From the IMG/VR virus record IMGVR_UViG_2522572023_000009: a stretch of DNA of 37,763 nucleotides, one strand, 5' to 3'. The notes under the pieces are model-generated. The model saw only the letters and a program-made list of their open reading frames with translations. It did not search any database and was not told the DNA's origin. This document shows positions 8,900 to 17,726 of the stretch, in pieces. The DNA is from a virus (taxonomy: Duplodnaviria; Heunggongvirae; Uroviricota; Caudoviricetes). Numbering within the stretch: the stretch's first letter is position 1; every line of letters starts with the position of its first letter. The position numbers and the translations under genes are program-made.

Positions 8900-9686
8900 G
8901 AACTCAACTATAATACAGGTTGCGGGAAGTTTAAATCAAGGAATCAGCTTTGCCGACTGCGAAAGATTATTCAATTTATTGCTAAAAGAGAACTTCCCAA
9001 AACTCGAAGCCATTGCAGCCTCAACAGCAAAGAGAAATGTTGACACCTTAGTCAAAGCGACATTCGAAAAAATTGATTCAAAGATTAATCAAATCAACGT
9101 GGAAAAACTTGCTCAGCCTGATGTACAAAGTACTTTTAATAGCGCAGTTCAAGGCGTTGCTAGAAAGGGTTCCAAAATAGATATCGATTTACTGGCCGAC
9201 TTACTGGAAGCCAGAATCGAAAAAGATAATACTAACTATATTGATAATTGCATTGAAGCGGCAGTGGAGATGGTGCCCAAACTAACCAGTGATATGCTAG
9301 TAATCTTGCCAGCATTGTATTTTATTCAAGAACTGGAATGGAGTAACCCTACTGAAATTGATAATGTTTATGGCTTAATCTATGACCGTTTTTTATCGCG
9401 AGGTGGTACTATATCACATTCAAAACTCAAGACGATGGCTTCTATTGGGGTGGGCATTTACGTCAATGTTATAGGAAGCAATACCTTTGAAGGCATGAAG
9501 AAAAAATACTCTTGCTTACAAGTAATTAACGCAGAATCAAAATATCCGAGAATGCATCAGGCCTTAAACTTCTATGACCAAAAAGACTTACATCAACTAA
9601 CACTTACCACTCCGGGCCAAGTAATAGCAATCAAAATGCTGGAAGAAATATTTCCCACAATAAATTTGCGCGATTTTTTGCAGTAA
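8844..9686 (+). CDS. Cargo ORF2: hypothetical soluble protein, probably 270 aa from the ATG at 8874
   Basis: The track start at 8844 is a TTG; an ATG at 8874 is preceded by AAGGAG at 8859–8864. The gene overlaps ORF1 by 26 nt. The protein is predicted largely helical and has no motif I recognise; the gene is AT-rich. Confidence 0.6.
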   Translation: MVVISKEKITMNQKAQANENSTIIQVAGSLNQGISFADCERLFNLLLKENFPKLEAIAASTAKRNVDTLVKATFEKIDSKINQINVEKLAQPDVQSTFNSAVQGVARKGSKIDIDLLADLLEARIEKDNTNYIDNCIEAAVEMVPKLTSDMLVILPALYFIQELEWSNPTEIDNVYGLIYDRFLSRGGTISHSKLKTMASIGVGIYVNVIGSNTFEGMKKKYSCLQVINAESKYPRMHQALNFYDQKDLHQLTLTTPGQVIAIKMLEEIFPTINLRDFLQ

Positions 9687-9751
9687 ATTTAGTATTAGCC
9701 AGAGTTCAAACTGATTGATATATTTTAGAGCTCGCTCATCCACTCTTATAA

Positions 9752-9775
9752 ACTAGGGTTACTGTAGTAACCCTA
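9752..9775 (+). terminator. Perfect 10-bp-stem hairpin downstream of the cargo ORFs (putative terminator)
   Basis: CTAGGGTTAC-TGTA-GTAACCCTAG; the following sequence is T-rich but has no clean U-run. Confidence 0.3.
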
Positions 9776-10027
9776 GCTGGTTCATTCTGTTAAAAAAATA
9801 ACTCCATCGTCTTTTAATATCATAGGACGTGTTCGATATCCATTTCTAAAACTAATCCGTCACTCGAACACATTAAGGTACTAAAACTAAGAATGATGGT
9901 TCTAACGTAACCCACGCACCTAAACATCTCTAAAAGAGAATGGTCCACATCCGGCACAGAGCGAACAGCTGGATTAGGTTTGACTCTGTGCCATAGATAT
10001 GTAATCTCACACTAGAGCTTATACAAC

Positions 10028-10555
10028 TTATTGCGGCATTTCCGGCCATTCAGGATTTGCAGGATCCACACGACTGACCAGAACACTGTAGCGTTCCCAT
10101 GCTTCCAGTCGGCTGCGTTCCTCCTCTGTTGCCATATTTAGCCTGACAGCGCGCTCCAGCAGCAAAATCACGGATTCAGCTTCGGAAAGTAAAGTTGCCT
10201 TTTGTGATTCTGCCAGTTGATGCTGTTCGTCTGCCGTATAAATCCGCTTAATCACGGCACCATCCTTAAACATCCATTTACCTGAGTCATCAGCACGTCG
10301 GTTGGCGGTAATATCAGGAACCTCGACAACGCTAAAACCTTCAGGGTTAAGCGTTGAAGCATCTCTGGTGATGCCGACAATTATATTATTCTCGTCGTAA
10401 ACAATCTTTATCGTGTCTTCCTGAAAATTACTTACTTCCTCATACCAGTTTTTTCCGTCTTCAGACCATAACCAGATAACATCAAAATTTTTTGTCAGTT
10501 GATATTGAGCAACAGTTTTGGGATTACCCGCAGTAATATTTTTTAAATGCTGCAT
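10028..10555 (-). CDS. G: gpG-like tail fibre assembly chaperone, 175 aa
   Basis: Length and position (downstream of H) match P2 gpG. GC content is lower than in the neighbouring structural genes, suggesting a swapped host-range module. Confidence 0.8.
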   Translation of the reverse strand: MQHLKNITAGNPKTVAQYQLTKNFDVIWLWSEDGKNWYEEVSNFQEDTIKIVYDENNIIVGITRDASTLNPEGFSVVEVPDITANRRADDSGKWMFKDGAVIKRIYTADEQHQLAESQKATLLSEAESVILLLERAVRLNMATEEERSRLEAWERYSVLVSRVDPANPEWPEMPQ

Positions 10556-10558
10556 AAA

Positions 10559-12487
10559 TTACACCTGTGCGACGTTATACCATGTGCCATTGATGTATTT
10601 TTGTATTGGTCTGAATACTGCGGGGTCATCACCATCGACTTCACCGACAATACCAAGCCCTGTAATTACATGGCCTGATTTTTCATACATCACACCTTTT
10701 TGCATAGTCTGAACAACACGTGTGCCCAGGCGAATATCTCGTACATAGCGAGAATCCGATTCAGCTTTGGTATATGCACCAACATCTCCCGCAGAGGGTT
10801 TGCGGGTTGTGGTGTAAAACTCTGACCAGTCAGCCTCAAATCCATAACCATCACGTGCTGAACGATAAAAAATACCGCCGTTCTTATAATTCACACGGAA
10901 CTGTACGGCAGGGCAACTCCCCGCATTCATATTGAAGTGGAGGATTAATGTCGATGCACCGCTGATATCTGCATCATAAACACCGCTATTCCAGTTCCAG
11001 CCAACAGCTTTATCATTTGCAACCCTGCTTCCTGTTTGCCCTAAAGCAAATGCAGGCTGCTGGTTTTTCGTGTTGTAGTCTCGTCGCCAGCCGGGGGCAT
11101 AAGCATCACCATGATTAATATAAGTGAATTGAGCGTTAGTGGTGCCGCCTCCGGTAGAAGTGCTTGGTGTTGTTACACGGATGGTCATGGCACCTTTATT
11201 ACCCATAACCTCAATAACGCAACCTGCAAGATGAATAGTTCCACAGCCAGTATCGGTAATAATTTTATTATTGCCGTATGACCATGAACATTTGCACATC
11301 CAGTACGGATGATTAAATGCACCACGGGAATCCAGCCATTCAATAAACTGAGCGGTTGTCCAGTTTCCGGCTTCAGTGCTCAAAGCGCCGCTATAAGCAC
11401 GACAGGCACCGATATTTTTCGTGAAGGTATCCTTTCCCGGAATATCCGCACCGTTCTGATCTTTCTGAAGACGTTTTTCAGCATTGTCATAGGCAGACTT
11501 CACTGCTTTTGGTGTTGCGGCCAGCGTTTCAGAATCGCTGTTGATGGCACTATTGAGCTGAACAAGACCTTTCCGCGCCGTGGTGGCGTCCTGTGCAGTG
11601 TATTTCCCGTTAGCAAGGTCATACGCTGTCTTAACCGCCTTTGGCGTTGCCGCAAGCGTTTCAGAATCGCTGTTGGTGGCGCTACTGAGCTGGACAAGAC
11701 CTTTTCGCGCTGTGGTGGCGTCCTGTGCAGTGTATTTCCCGTTAGCAAGGTCATATGCTGCCTTTACCGCTTTTGGTGTTGCGGCGAGCGTTTCAGACGT
11801 GCTGTTGGTGGCGCTACTGAGCTGGACAAGGCCTTTTCGCGCTGTGGTGGCATCCTGCGCAGTGTATTTCCCGTTAGCAAGGTCATAGGCGGCCTTTACC
11901 GCTTTCGGCGTTGCGGCCAGTGTTTCAGACGTGCTGTTGGTCGCGCTGCTTAACTGAGTAAAACCTTTTGCGGTCAGCGAGGCGTCCGGGTGACGTCGTG
12001 ACTGTTCGTGCTCTGCAATTTTGTCATCAACATAATCCTGCGTTGCCATCACCGTTGTGGTGTCAATGGTCAGCGCCACTGAGGCCACACTGCTGACGAT
12101 GATGACCATACGGCAGGTCTGCGAACGTCCTGAGCCTTCGGCAAGAGCTGGCTTATAACTTTCGGCCATGTTCGCCACGGCAATTAACGTTCCCGCATCA
12201 TCGTACAGGCCAAGCTCACGCATCCAGAAACCGCCCACCTCCGGCGGAATAACCAGCTCTGCGATAATATAATTACTGTTTCGTTTGTCCTGGCTGATTT
12301 TGTTCAGCGCATGTCGCCAGACTTCATGGATAAGCCCGGTCTGTCCGGCATCCGGGACAGGCAATTTACCACCGCCATCCCCGACGGCCATCGTGGTAAT
12401 GTTGACCTTCCGCCCTCCCGGCGCGGTTGCCGCTGCCAGCTTTGCTGCACCGGCAGTGGTGATAACGGTTTTGAATTTTGTGCTCAT
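10559..12487 (-). CDS. H: gpH tail fibre protein, 642 aa, with internal tandem repeats and a divergent C-terminal domain
   Basis: The N-terminus is P2 H-like. Four tandem 44-aa repeats (KG[FL]xQLSSATNS[TD]SETLAATPKAVKAAYDLANGKYTAQDATTAR) are of the phage tail-fibre repeat type. Confidence 0.88.
   Translation of the reverse strand: MSTKFKTVITTAGAAKLAAATAPGGRKVNITTMAVGDGGGKLPVPDAGQTGLIHEVWRHALNKISQDKRNSNYIIAELVIPPEVGGFWMRELGLYDDAGTLIAVANMAESYKPALAEGSGRSQTCRMVIIVSSVASVALTIDTTTVMATQDYVDDKIAEHEQSRRHPDASLTAKGFTQLSSATNSTSETLAATPKAVKAAYDLANGKYTAQDATTARKGLVQLSSATNSTSETLAATPKAVKAAYDLANGKYTAQDATTARKGLVQLSSATNSDSETLAATPKAVKTAYDLANGKYTAQDATTARKGLVQLNSAINSDSETLAATPKAVKSAYDNAEKRLQKDQNGADIPGKDTFTKNIGACRAYSGALSTEAGNWTTAQFIEWLDSRGAFNHPYWMCKCSWSYGNNKIITDTGCGTIHLAGCVIEVMGNKGAMTIRVTTPSTSTGGGTTNAQFTYINHGDAYAPGWRRDYNTKNQQPAFALGQTGSRVANDKAVGWNWNSGVYDADISGASTLILHFNMNAGSCPAVQFRVNYKNGGIFYRSARDGYGFEADWSEFYTTTRKPSAGDVGAYTKAESDSRYVRDIRLGTRVVQTMQKGVMYEKSGHVITGLGIVGEVDGDDPAVFRPIQKYINGTWYNVAQV
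11468..11968 (-). repeat. About 3.8 tandem copies of a 132-bp coding repeat inside H
   Basis: Near-identical 132-bp units are visible in the DNA and in the H translation (residues ~174–340). Confidence 0.85.
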
Positions 12488-12497
12488 TATTCCTCAC

Positions 12498-13028
12498 TTA
12501 TCCGGGGTAAACCGTAATTACATCGCCGTCGTAAGCCACACCACCGGCGAACAGGTAGCCGGGAATGTCCCGGGTAATGTTCAGGCCAATAAGATGGCGG
12601 CTTGCAGGTTTGGCATCAGCAATCAGCCGTTCCATTTCCTGATACATTGCCTCTGTGATGCCGCTTTCCAGTACACCAATATCAAGCCGGAAGGTGCCGG
12701 GCGGGTCACTGTTTTCCCACCACTCCGTCACGTTGATGAGATAGCCGAGCGGCTCCACCACACGCCGGATTGCGCCGATAGTGCCTTTATGACAGTGGAT
12801 GAAATAGGCATCGCGGATAACGGCGCGTTTTGTCGCTTCCGGCCACTTTTCATCCCACCTGTCGACCGAAAACGCCCACGCCAGCCACGGCAGCAGATTT
12901 GCCGGACAGGTATCCGGGTTCCACAGTTCACGAATCCTGACCGGCGTTTTTTCAATTTCCGCACAGGCTTTTGCGGCAGCAACTTCAAGCGGTGATGAGC
13001 CGGTCGGCAGCAGTCGCGAATCACTCAT
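12498..13028 (-). CDS. I: gpI baseplate protein, 176 aa
   Basis: Length and synteny match P2 gpI. Confidence 0.85.
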   Translation of the reverse strand: MSDSRLLPTGSSPLEVAAAKACAEIEKTPVRIRELWNPDTCPANLLPWLAWAFSVDRWDEKWPEATKRAVIRDAYFIHCHKGTIGAIRRVVEPLGYLINVTEWWENSDPPGTFRLDIGVLESGITEAMYQEMERLIADAKPASRHLIGLNITRDIPGYLFAGGVAYDGDVITVYPG

Positions 13029-13929
13029 CCGAGCCTCCGGTCACGACGCGGTATTCGGTACAGAAAGACGCCTGCGTACTGTTGAGCACGATGTCGGCCA
13101 GCGGTGCAGTCAGTTCGACACGCTGCACGCCTTCCACATGCAAAGCGGCATAAATGGCAGACAGACGGATGTCGCGCCCCAGCCGGTGCTGTGCCGTGAT
13201 ATACGCTTCCAGTTTTTTCACGGCGGCAGCGCGAATGGGTTCGCTTTCGGGACCAGGGTAAAGATACAGCGTGGCGTTTATCTGGTATTCAACGATGTCG
13301 GCAGACTGCACGGTCACGCGGTCGGCCACCGGCCTGACGTCCTCGCCATTAAGGGCGTTACGCACCACGGCCAGCAGGTCTTCGGATGCCACACCGTTAT
13401 TTTCACGTGACAGCACAGAGATAGTGACGCAGGCCGGAGACGGACTGGTGACAGAGATATCCGCGACACGCCCGTCGGCACTGCGGCCATGATACTGATA
13501 CGCACCCACCGACCCGGCGACGCTTAAACCTTCAAACGCCTGCTGAATACGCAGACGATAATCGGTGTCAGATTCCATCACTGCCGGTGTCGGCGGGATA
13601 GTCGAATCATCTGCCGGGGTGATAGTCAGGCGCGTGGTGTTGTAATTGGCACCAATCACATCAAGGTCATTACCGGCTGCACAGGCCAGCATCACCGCCC
13701 GTGCAGCCTCATTCACACGCTGACGCCAGATAAGCTCACGATAAGCATTTTCCTCCAGCAGTTTGACGAGAGGCTCGGATTCCAGCGTCAGGGTACGGGC
13801 GACCGCCTCCTGCTGGTCTTCCGGGTAAAGGGAAATCAGTGTCGCCTTGCGTTCGGCAAGAATGGTTTCAAAGTCCAGCTCCTCAACCACATCCGGTGCG
13901 GGTAGCTGGTTCAGGTCGATAATCGGCAT
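13021..13929 (-). CDS. J: gpJ baseplate protein, 302 aa
   Basis: Length and synteny match P2 gpJ. Confidence 0.88.
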   Translation of the reverse strand: MPIIDLNQLPAPDVVEELDFETILAERKATLISLYPEDQQEAVARTLTLESEPLVKLLEENAYRELIWRQRVNEAARAVMLACAAGNDLDVIGANYNTTRLTITPADDSTIPPTPAVMESDTDYRLRIQQAFEGLSVAGSVGAYQYHGRSADGRVADISVTSPSPACVTISVLSRENNGVASEDLLAVVRNALNGEDVRPVADRVTVQSADIVEYQINATLYLYPGPESEPIRAAAVKKLEAYITAQHRLGRDIRLSAIYAALHVEGVQRVELTAPLADIVLNSTQASFCTEYRVVTGGSDE

Positions 13930-13933
13930 GGTT

Positions 13934-14281
13934 TCAACTCACAGGGATGGTTAACGAAAGTGGCTGGCCGGTGTCGTTGTGCTGACCGGTTAACGTGACC
14001 GTTATTCGCCCGTCAAAACTGCGCGCCGTGGTGACGGATGACAGGGTGACGCGGGGTTCCCATTTCAGCACCGCCATGTAACAGGCGACCTTAATCTGCA
14101 ACTCAAGCGCCGGGGTCTGCGGCTGGTCAATCATTGACGCCAGCAACGAGCCGTAATCACGACGCATCACCCGTGAGCCGACCGGTGTGCGCAGGATATC
14201 GCCGATACTCTGGCTGATATGCTCAAGGTCAGTGACCGTCAGGCCATCACTGCGATTCATTCCGAGATAACGCGCAGTCAT
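13934..14281 (-). CDS. W: gpW baseplate wedge protein, 115 aa
   Basis: Length and synteny match P2 gpW. Confidence 0.88.
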   Translation of the reverse strand: MTARYLGMNRSDGLTVTDLEHISQSIGDILRTPVGSRVMRRDYGSLLASMIDQPQTPALELQIKVACYMAVLKWEPRVTLSSVTTARSFDGRITVTLTGQHNDTGQPLSLTIPVS

Positions 14282-14913
14282 AGAGGTCCCCCTGTTGTGC
14301 CGCCACTGTCGCCGGGGTGTTTATGGGTATGCAGTACCTTACCGTTTGATGAGAGTTCACCGCCGGTGTGTTCAATGTTGCCGCGCATCGTCCCGCCCTT
14401 CTGCACTTCCAGCGTGCCGGTAATCAGCCTGTTGGTGCAGACCACCTCCGGTGTGTCCAGGGTGACGCGGGTTGATGCTTTCACCATGACCACAGGCACC
14501 GTGGCAGTAACAGAATCAGAAGCCGTCACGCTGGCCGTTTTAATTCCGCTTACCGTGAGTGCACTGGTTTCGGGTTCATATTCAATCACCGCCCCGTCAG
14601 GGAAACGGATATGCAGGGCATCCGCCGACACAGACGGCGAGGGGTTATCACCGGAATAAATCCCCGGCAGAACGAACGCCGTGTCGAGTTCACCACCCAC
14701 GGCCAGAATCAGCACCTGTTCCCCCACGGAAGGTGCCCACCATGTGCGCGAACGTCCTGCGCGATGGGTCAGCCACTGAAGCCAGTCGGTGCACATGCCG
14801 CCGGTCTGCACACGGCAGCGACCGGCGTTAAGGTCGGTTTCGACGATAATGCCGGTGCGAATCATGTTGCGCAGTGCGTGCGCGAGTTCCTGAATATTTG
14901 CGAGAGTGTTCAT
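14278..14913 (-). CDS. V: gpV baseplate spike protein, 211 aa
   Basis: The track ORF begins at a TTG six codons upstream. Starting at MNTLANIQELA gives 211 aa, as I recall for P2 gpV. Confidence 0.85.
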   Translation of the reverse strand: MNTLANIQELAHALRNMIRTGIIVETDLNAGRCRVQTGGMCTDWLQWLTHRAGRSRTWWAPSVGEQVLILAVGGELDTAFVLPGIYSGDNPSPSVSADALHIRFPDGAVIEYEPETSALTVSGIKTASVTASDSVTATVPVVMVKASTRVTLDTPEVVCTNRLITGTLEVQKGGTMRGNIEHTGGELSSNGKVLHTHKHPGDSGGTTGGPL

Positions 14914-14996
14914 GCATGTGAGATTGCACAATATATAAAAGTTATGCTATCTGGATTCATTTGTAGAACCACCAGACAACATTCAAGGAGAGCGTA

Positions 14997-15782
14997 ATGG
15001 TCAGCTATAATGTGACTAATGTGTGGGAGCTAATCGTTTTTTTTCTTTGTAGCTTTGCAGTATTAGCATTTTTTAGCTTTGGTAAAAGTAACCTTATGAG
15101 GCTTATTGCACATTATTTCAATTTTGGATATTCAGACAAAAAATTAAAAAGACTTGACCGCGAGTGGCGCGACATTCAACCATTTAAAATAATTAACGGA
15201 ATCAATGTATCAGGCATTGAAAATGTGAGAATGATACAGCAGGAACTGATTGATGGAAAACTAAAAACATCGTATTTTTTCCTTACTCGCATCTGGGGTG
15301 ACATAACAAAACCACCACACATAATTAAAACAATAATTGTAATTCTGGCCAGTATTTTTTACATTCTCCTCGCATGTTACATACACAACGAACAATCCGC
15401 TATAGTAAGGGATGCCATAGGCATACCATATAAAAACATGATGTACTATGTTTATAGTGACAAAGTTCTTTTATCCTTCAAAAATAAAGCTGTTGAATTT
15501 AATAAAACTTATAGCCTTGCCGATTGCAAGAGACTGCAAAACGTATTTATAAAAGACACACTTCCTGAGATCGCCTGCAATAAGCTATTACAGCTAAACG
15601 AGGAGGACTCCGAATGGTTAAGTCAGGAGATTAAAGATAATAACAGCCACAAAAAAGCATTATTAATACTATCCCTCGTCTATTTCACTTCAGGTCTGGT
15701 TATATTCCTGTCATATACAAAATTCTTTTACGCCAATAAGAAGGTTTTAGAATACAAAGCATCAAATAAAAATCACTCATAA
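14997..15782 (+). CDS. Cargo membrane protein, 261 aa, about three predicted transmembrane helices, unknown function
   Basis: An AAGGAG ribosome-binding site sits 7 nt upstream of the ATG. Hydrophobic helices lie near residues 10–30, 120–140 and 220–242. The gene is strongly AT-rich, lies between V and S on the strand opposite the late genes, and is followed by a terminator. Confidence 0.65.
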   Translation: MVSYNVTNVWELIVFFLCSFAVLAFFSFGKSNLMRLIAHYFNFGYSDKKLKRLDREWRDIQPFKIINGINVSGIENVRMIQQELIDGKLKTSYFFLTRIWGDITKPPHIIKTIIVILASIFYILLACYIHNEQSAIVRDAIGIPYKNMMYYVYSDKVLLSFKNKAVEFNKTYSLADCKRLQNVFIKDTLPEIACNKLLQLNEEDSEWLSQEIKDNNSHKKALLILSLVYFTSGLVIFLSYTKFFYANKKVLEYKASNKNHS

Positions 15783-15791
15783 ACCTCTAAA

Positions 15792-15828
15792 CATTGAGCG
15801 ACCAGCATGGCCGCTCAATGTTTTATTG
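15792..15828 (+). terminator. Rho-independent terminator after the cargo membrane-protein gene
   Basis: A 9-bp stem CATTGAGCG/CGCTCAATG with an 11-nt loop is followed by TTTTATTG. Confidence 0.6.
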
Positions 15829-15853
15829 CGCATCAGCCTCTGCCTGGATAAAA

Positions 15854-16306
15854 CTAACGCTCAAGGTGAGCCAGGATAATCTCTTCAATCATCTGCACAT
15901 CCTCACCGGTGAAGCCGAGCAGAGGGCGCGCCGGATAATCAATTTTCTTACCGTCTTTCCGGTTTTCTTCCGACAGACCGAACTGATGCACACTGGCGAT
16001 TTTCGGTGACTTCCCGCCGTAAAATTCCATTGCTGCCTGTTCCGGGCTGGCGCGGATATGCAAAAAACGACTGGTGATAAGTTTCGCAAACATTTTTCGC
16101 TTAACGCGACCGGTCTTTTTTCTGGCGCTCTGCTGCTGGCGTGGCGCGTAGGGTGTGCCGTCCGGGGCTTTCTGTGCCATCACCCGACGCTGCTGACTCT
16201 GCCGCAGACGTTTCGCCAGTTCGGCACTCAGTCGCCGACGCCCTGACGGTGACAGCGACTCAATCAGTCCGGTCAGCCGGTCTTCAAAACGCTTAAACTC
16301 ATTCAT
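15854..16306 (-). CDS. S: gpS tail completion protein, 150 aa
   Basis: Length and synteny match P2 gpS. Confidence 0.8.
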   Translation of the reverse strand: MNEFKRFEDRLTGLIESLSPSGRRRLSAELAKRLRQSQQRRVMAQKAPDGTPYAPRQQQSARKKTGRVKRKMFAKLITSRFLHIRASPEQAAMEFYGGKSPKIASVHQFGLSEENRKDGKKIDYPARPLLGFTGEDVQMIEEIILAHLER

Positions 16307-16766
16307 CCCACTTGCTCACCAGTTCGCCATTGATATAAAGCTCCATCGGGCGGGTGACCGGCTCCGGCGGCGGGGGTTCCGGGATATTCTTCACATGCAG
16401 TGCGCCGTCGACCTCACTGACCAGCGTGCGCTCGGTCAGCATCAGGCTGATGCTGATATCAAAGCTGCTGTCATTGTTGATGTCTGCATAAAACGTGAAG
16501 CCCTTTTTCTGGCCTGCGTCGGTGGTCATGATGTCGGGCTGATTTTCCCGCAGCCACGCCAGCACCGGCACAATGAGCAGGTCAAAATCACCGGTAAAGT
16601 CGGTCACAATGACATTGAGCGTGTAACGCTTTTCGAATGACAGCGACGTCGCCAGTGTGGAGGCAATACTCCCGTTATCCACGAATATCCGCAGCATATC
16701 GGGGTTAGTTTTCAGCACCGTGACGGCATCAGTCAGCGCCCTGCGCAGGCTGTCGGGTTTGAGCAT
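16299..16766 (-). CDS. R: gpR tail completion protein, 155 aa
   Basis: Length and synteny match P2 gpR. Confidence 0.8.
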   Translation of the reverse strand: MLKPDSLRRALTDAVTVLKTNPDMLRIFVDNGSIASTLATSLSFEKRYTLNVIVTDFTGDFDLLIVPVLAWLRENQPDIMTTDAGQKKGFTFYADINNDSSFDISISLMLTERTLVSEVDGALHVKNIPEPPPPEPVTRPMELYINGELVSKWDE

Positions 16767-17019
16767 CGTTTTCGTCCTGACAGTATTTAATCATTTTTAC
16801 CTGGCTGGCACAGCGCGCCAGCGCGTTCTCAAGCTGCCGGATATCGGCACTTAAATCACCGTTCGTCTCCGGGTCGCTGCCCGGCATCGGGCAAAGGCTC
16901 ACTTTGGGGCAGGCGTTGGGGACAATCACTGGCGTCGGTGCAGGCCGGACGCTGGTGCAACCGGCGCACAGCATCAGGCAGGTCAGCACCGTACCAGCGG
17001 CGGAAATCTTCGTTTTCAT
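16729..17019 (-). CDS. lysC: LysC, Rz1-like outer-membrane spanin lipoprotein, ~96 aa
   Basis: An internal Met gives MKTKISAAGTVLTCLMLCAGC followed by a Pro-rich segment, i.e. a lipoprotein signal with a lipobox Cys. It is embedded out of frame in the 3' end of lysB and overlaps R, as in P2. Confidence 0.7.
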   Translation of the reverse strand: MKTKISAAGTVLTCLMLCAGCTSVRPAPTPVIVPNACPKVSLCPMPGSDPETNGDLSADIRQLENALARCASQVKMIKYCQDENDAQTRQPAQGAD

Positions 17020-17299
17020 TGAGTAATCTCGTGATGGTTTTCTCGCGCTGAGCTTCACGCTTCGCGGCGTTCTCCAGTTCCTGACGCAGTGCCACCTGCG
17101 CCAGCTCGTTTTTGTCTGCCCTGGTGAGCGCAACATGAAGCTGATTTTTCAGCATGGTGATGGTCGTCTGCTGCCCGCTGGCGACGTTGCTCGCCCTGTC
17201 CAGTGAGGTGCGCAGGCTGGCGTTTTCATGCTTCGCCAGAAACAGACCTACCACCGCCAGTGATAACAACACAACCAGCACAATCATCAGCTTTGACAT
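16856..17299 (-). CDS. lysB: LysB, Rz-like inner-membrane spanin, ~147 aa
   Basis: The internal start MSKLMIVLVVLLSLAVVGLFLA gives an N-terminal transmembrane helix followed by a coiled-coil-like region. In this sequence it forms the 3' part of the 455-aa track ORF because of the K frameshift. Confidence 0.7.
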   Translation of the reverse strand: MSKLMIVLVVLLSLAVVGLFLAKHENASLRTSLDRASNVASGQQTTITMLKNQLHVALTRADKNELAQVALRQELENAAKREAQREKTITRLLNENEDFRRWYGADLPDAVRRLHQRPACTDASDCPQRLPQSEPLPDAGQRPGDER

Positions 17300-17712
17300 G
17301 GTTCCCGCCCCCCAAAACGCTGACGGCAGGCCGTACGTATCAGCCGGAAAAACAGTGACGCCACGAGATAAATCAGCGCGGTAAAAATCCATCCGGCGGC
17401 GACCAGCGAGATAAACGTCGCCACCATCACCACCAGAGCCGCTGCCCGTCTGCGCCACGGCACCGGCTGCAAAAACAGCGACGTGACAATCTTCACGGCC
17501 AGCGATTCCGGCGGAAGCTCCCGCCCGTAGCGTTCCAGTACATACTCTGTGGCATACACGCCGACACAACCGGCAACCACACAGATAACCGTCGCCAGAA
17601 TCGCCCAGGCAGCGACAAAACTGACGGCCACGCTCTGCGGGTAAATCAGGGACAGTGCCAGCATCAGCGCCAGCGACACGTTCAGCATCAGTGAAAGGGA
17701 TAATTTCTTCAT
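17287..17712 (-). CDS. lysA: LysA, lysis-timing membrane protein, 141 aa
   Basis: Length matches P2 LysA; the protein has multiple hydrophobic helices. Confidence 0.8.
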   Translation of the reverse strand: MKKLSLSLMLNVSLALMLALSLIYPQSVAVSFVAAWAILATVICVVAGCVGVYATEYVLERYGRELPPESLAVKIVTSLFLQPVPWRRRAAALVVMVATFISLVAAGWIFTALIYLVASLFFRLIRTACRQRFGGREPCQS

Positions 17713-17726
17713 GGTGTTTACTCCGT

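Noticed and set aside
8240-10030. Possible invertible tail-fibre segment (Mu G or P1 C-segment type) between FI and G
   Set aside because: There is no invertase gene, no flanking inverted repeats, and the encoded proteins show no fibre-like or chaperone-like features. It is better explained as cargo at the Z/fun slot.
11468-11968. Tandem repeats that might suggest a CRISPR array or VNTR
   Set aside because: The repeats are 132 bp long, contiguous with no spacers, and lie in frame within tail fibre gene H, encoding 44-aa fibre repeats. This is not a CRISPR array.
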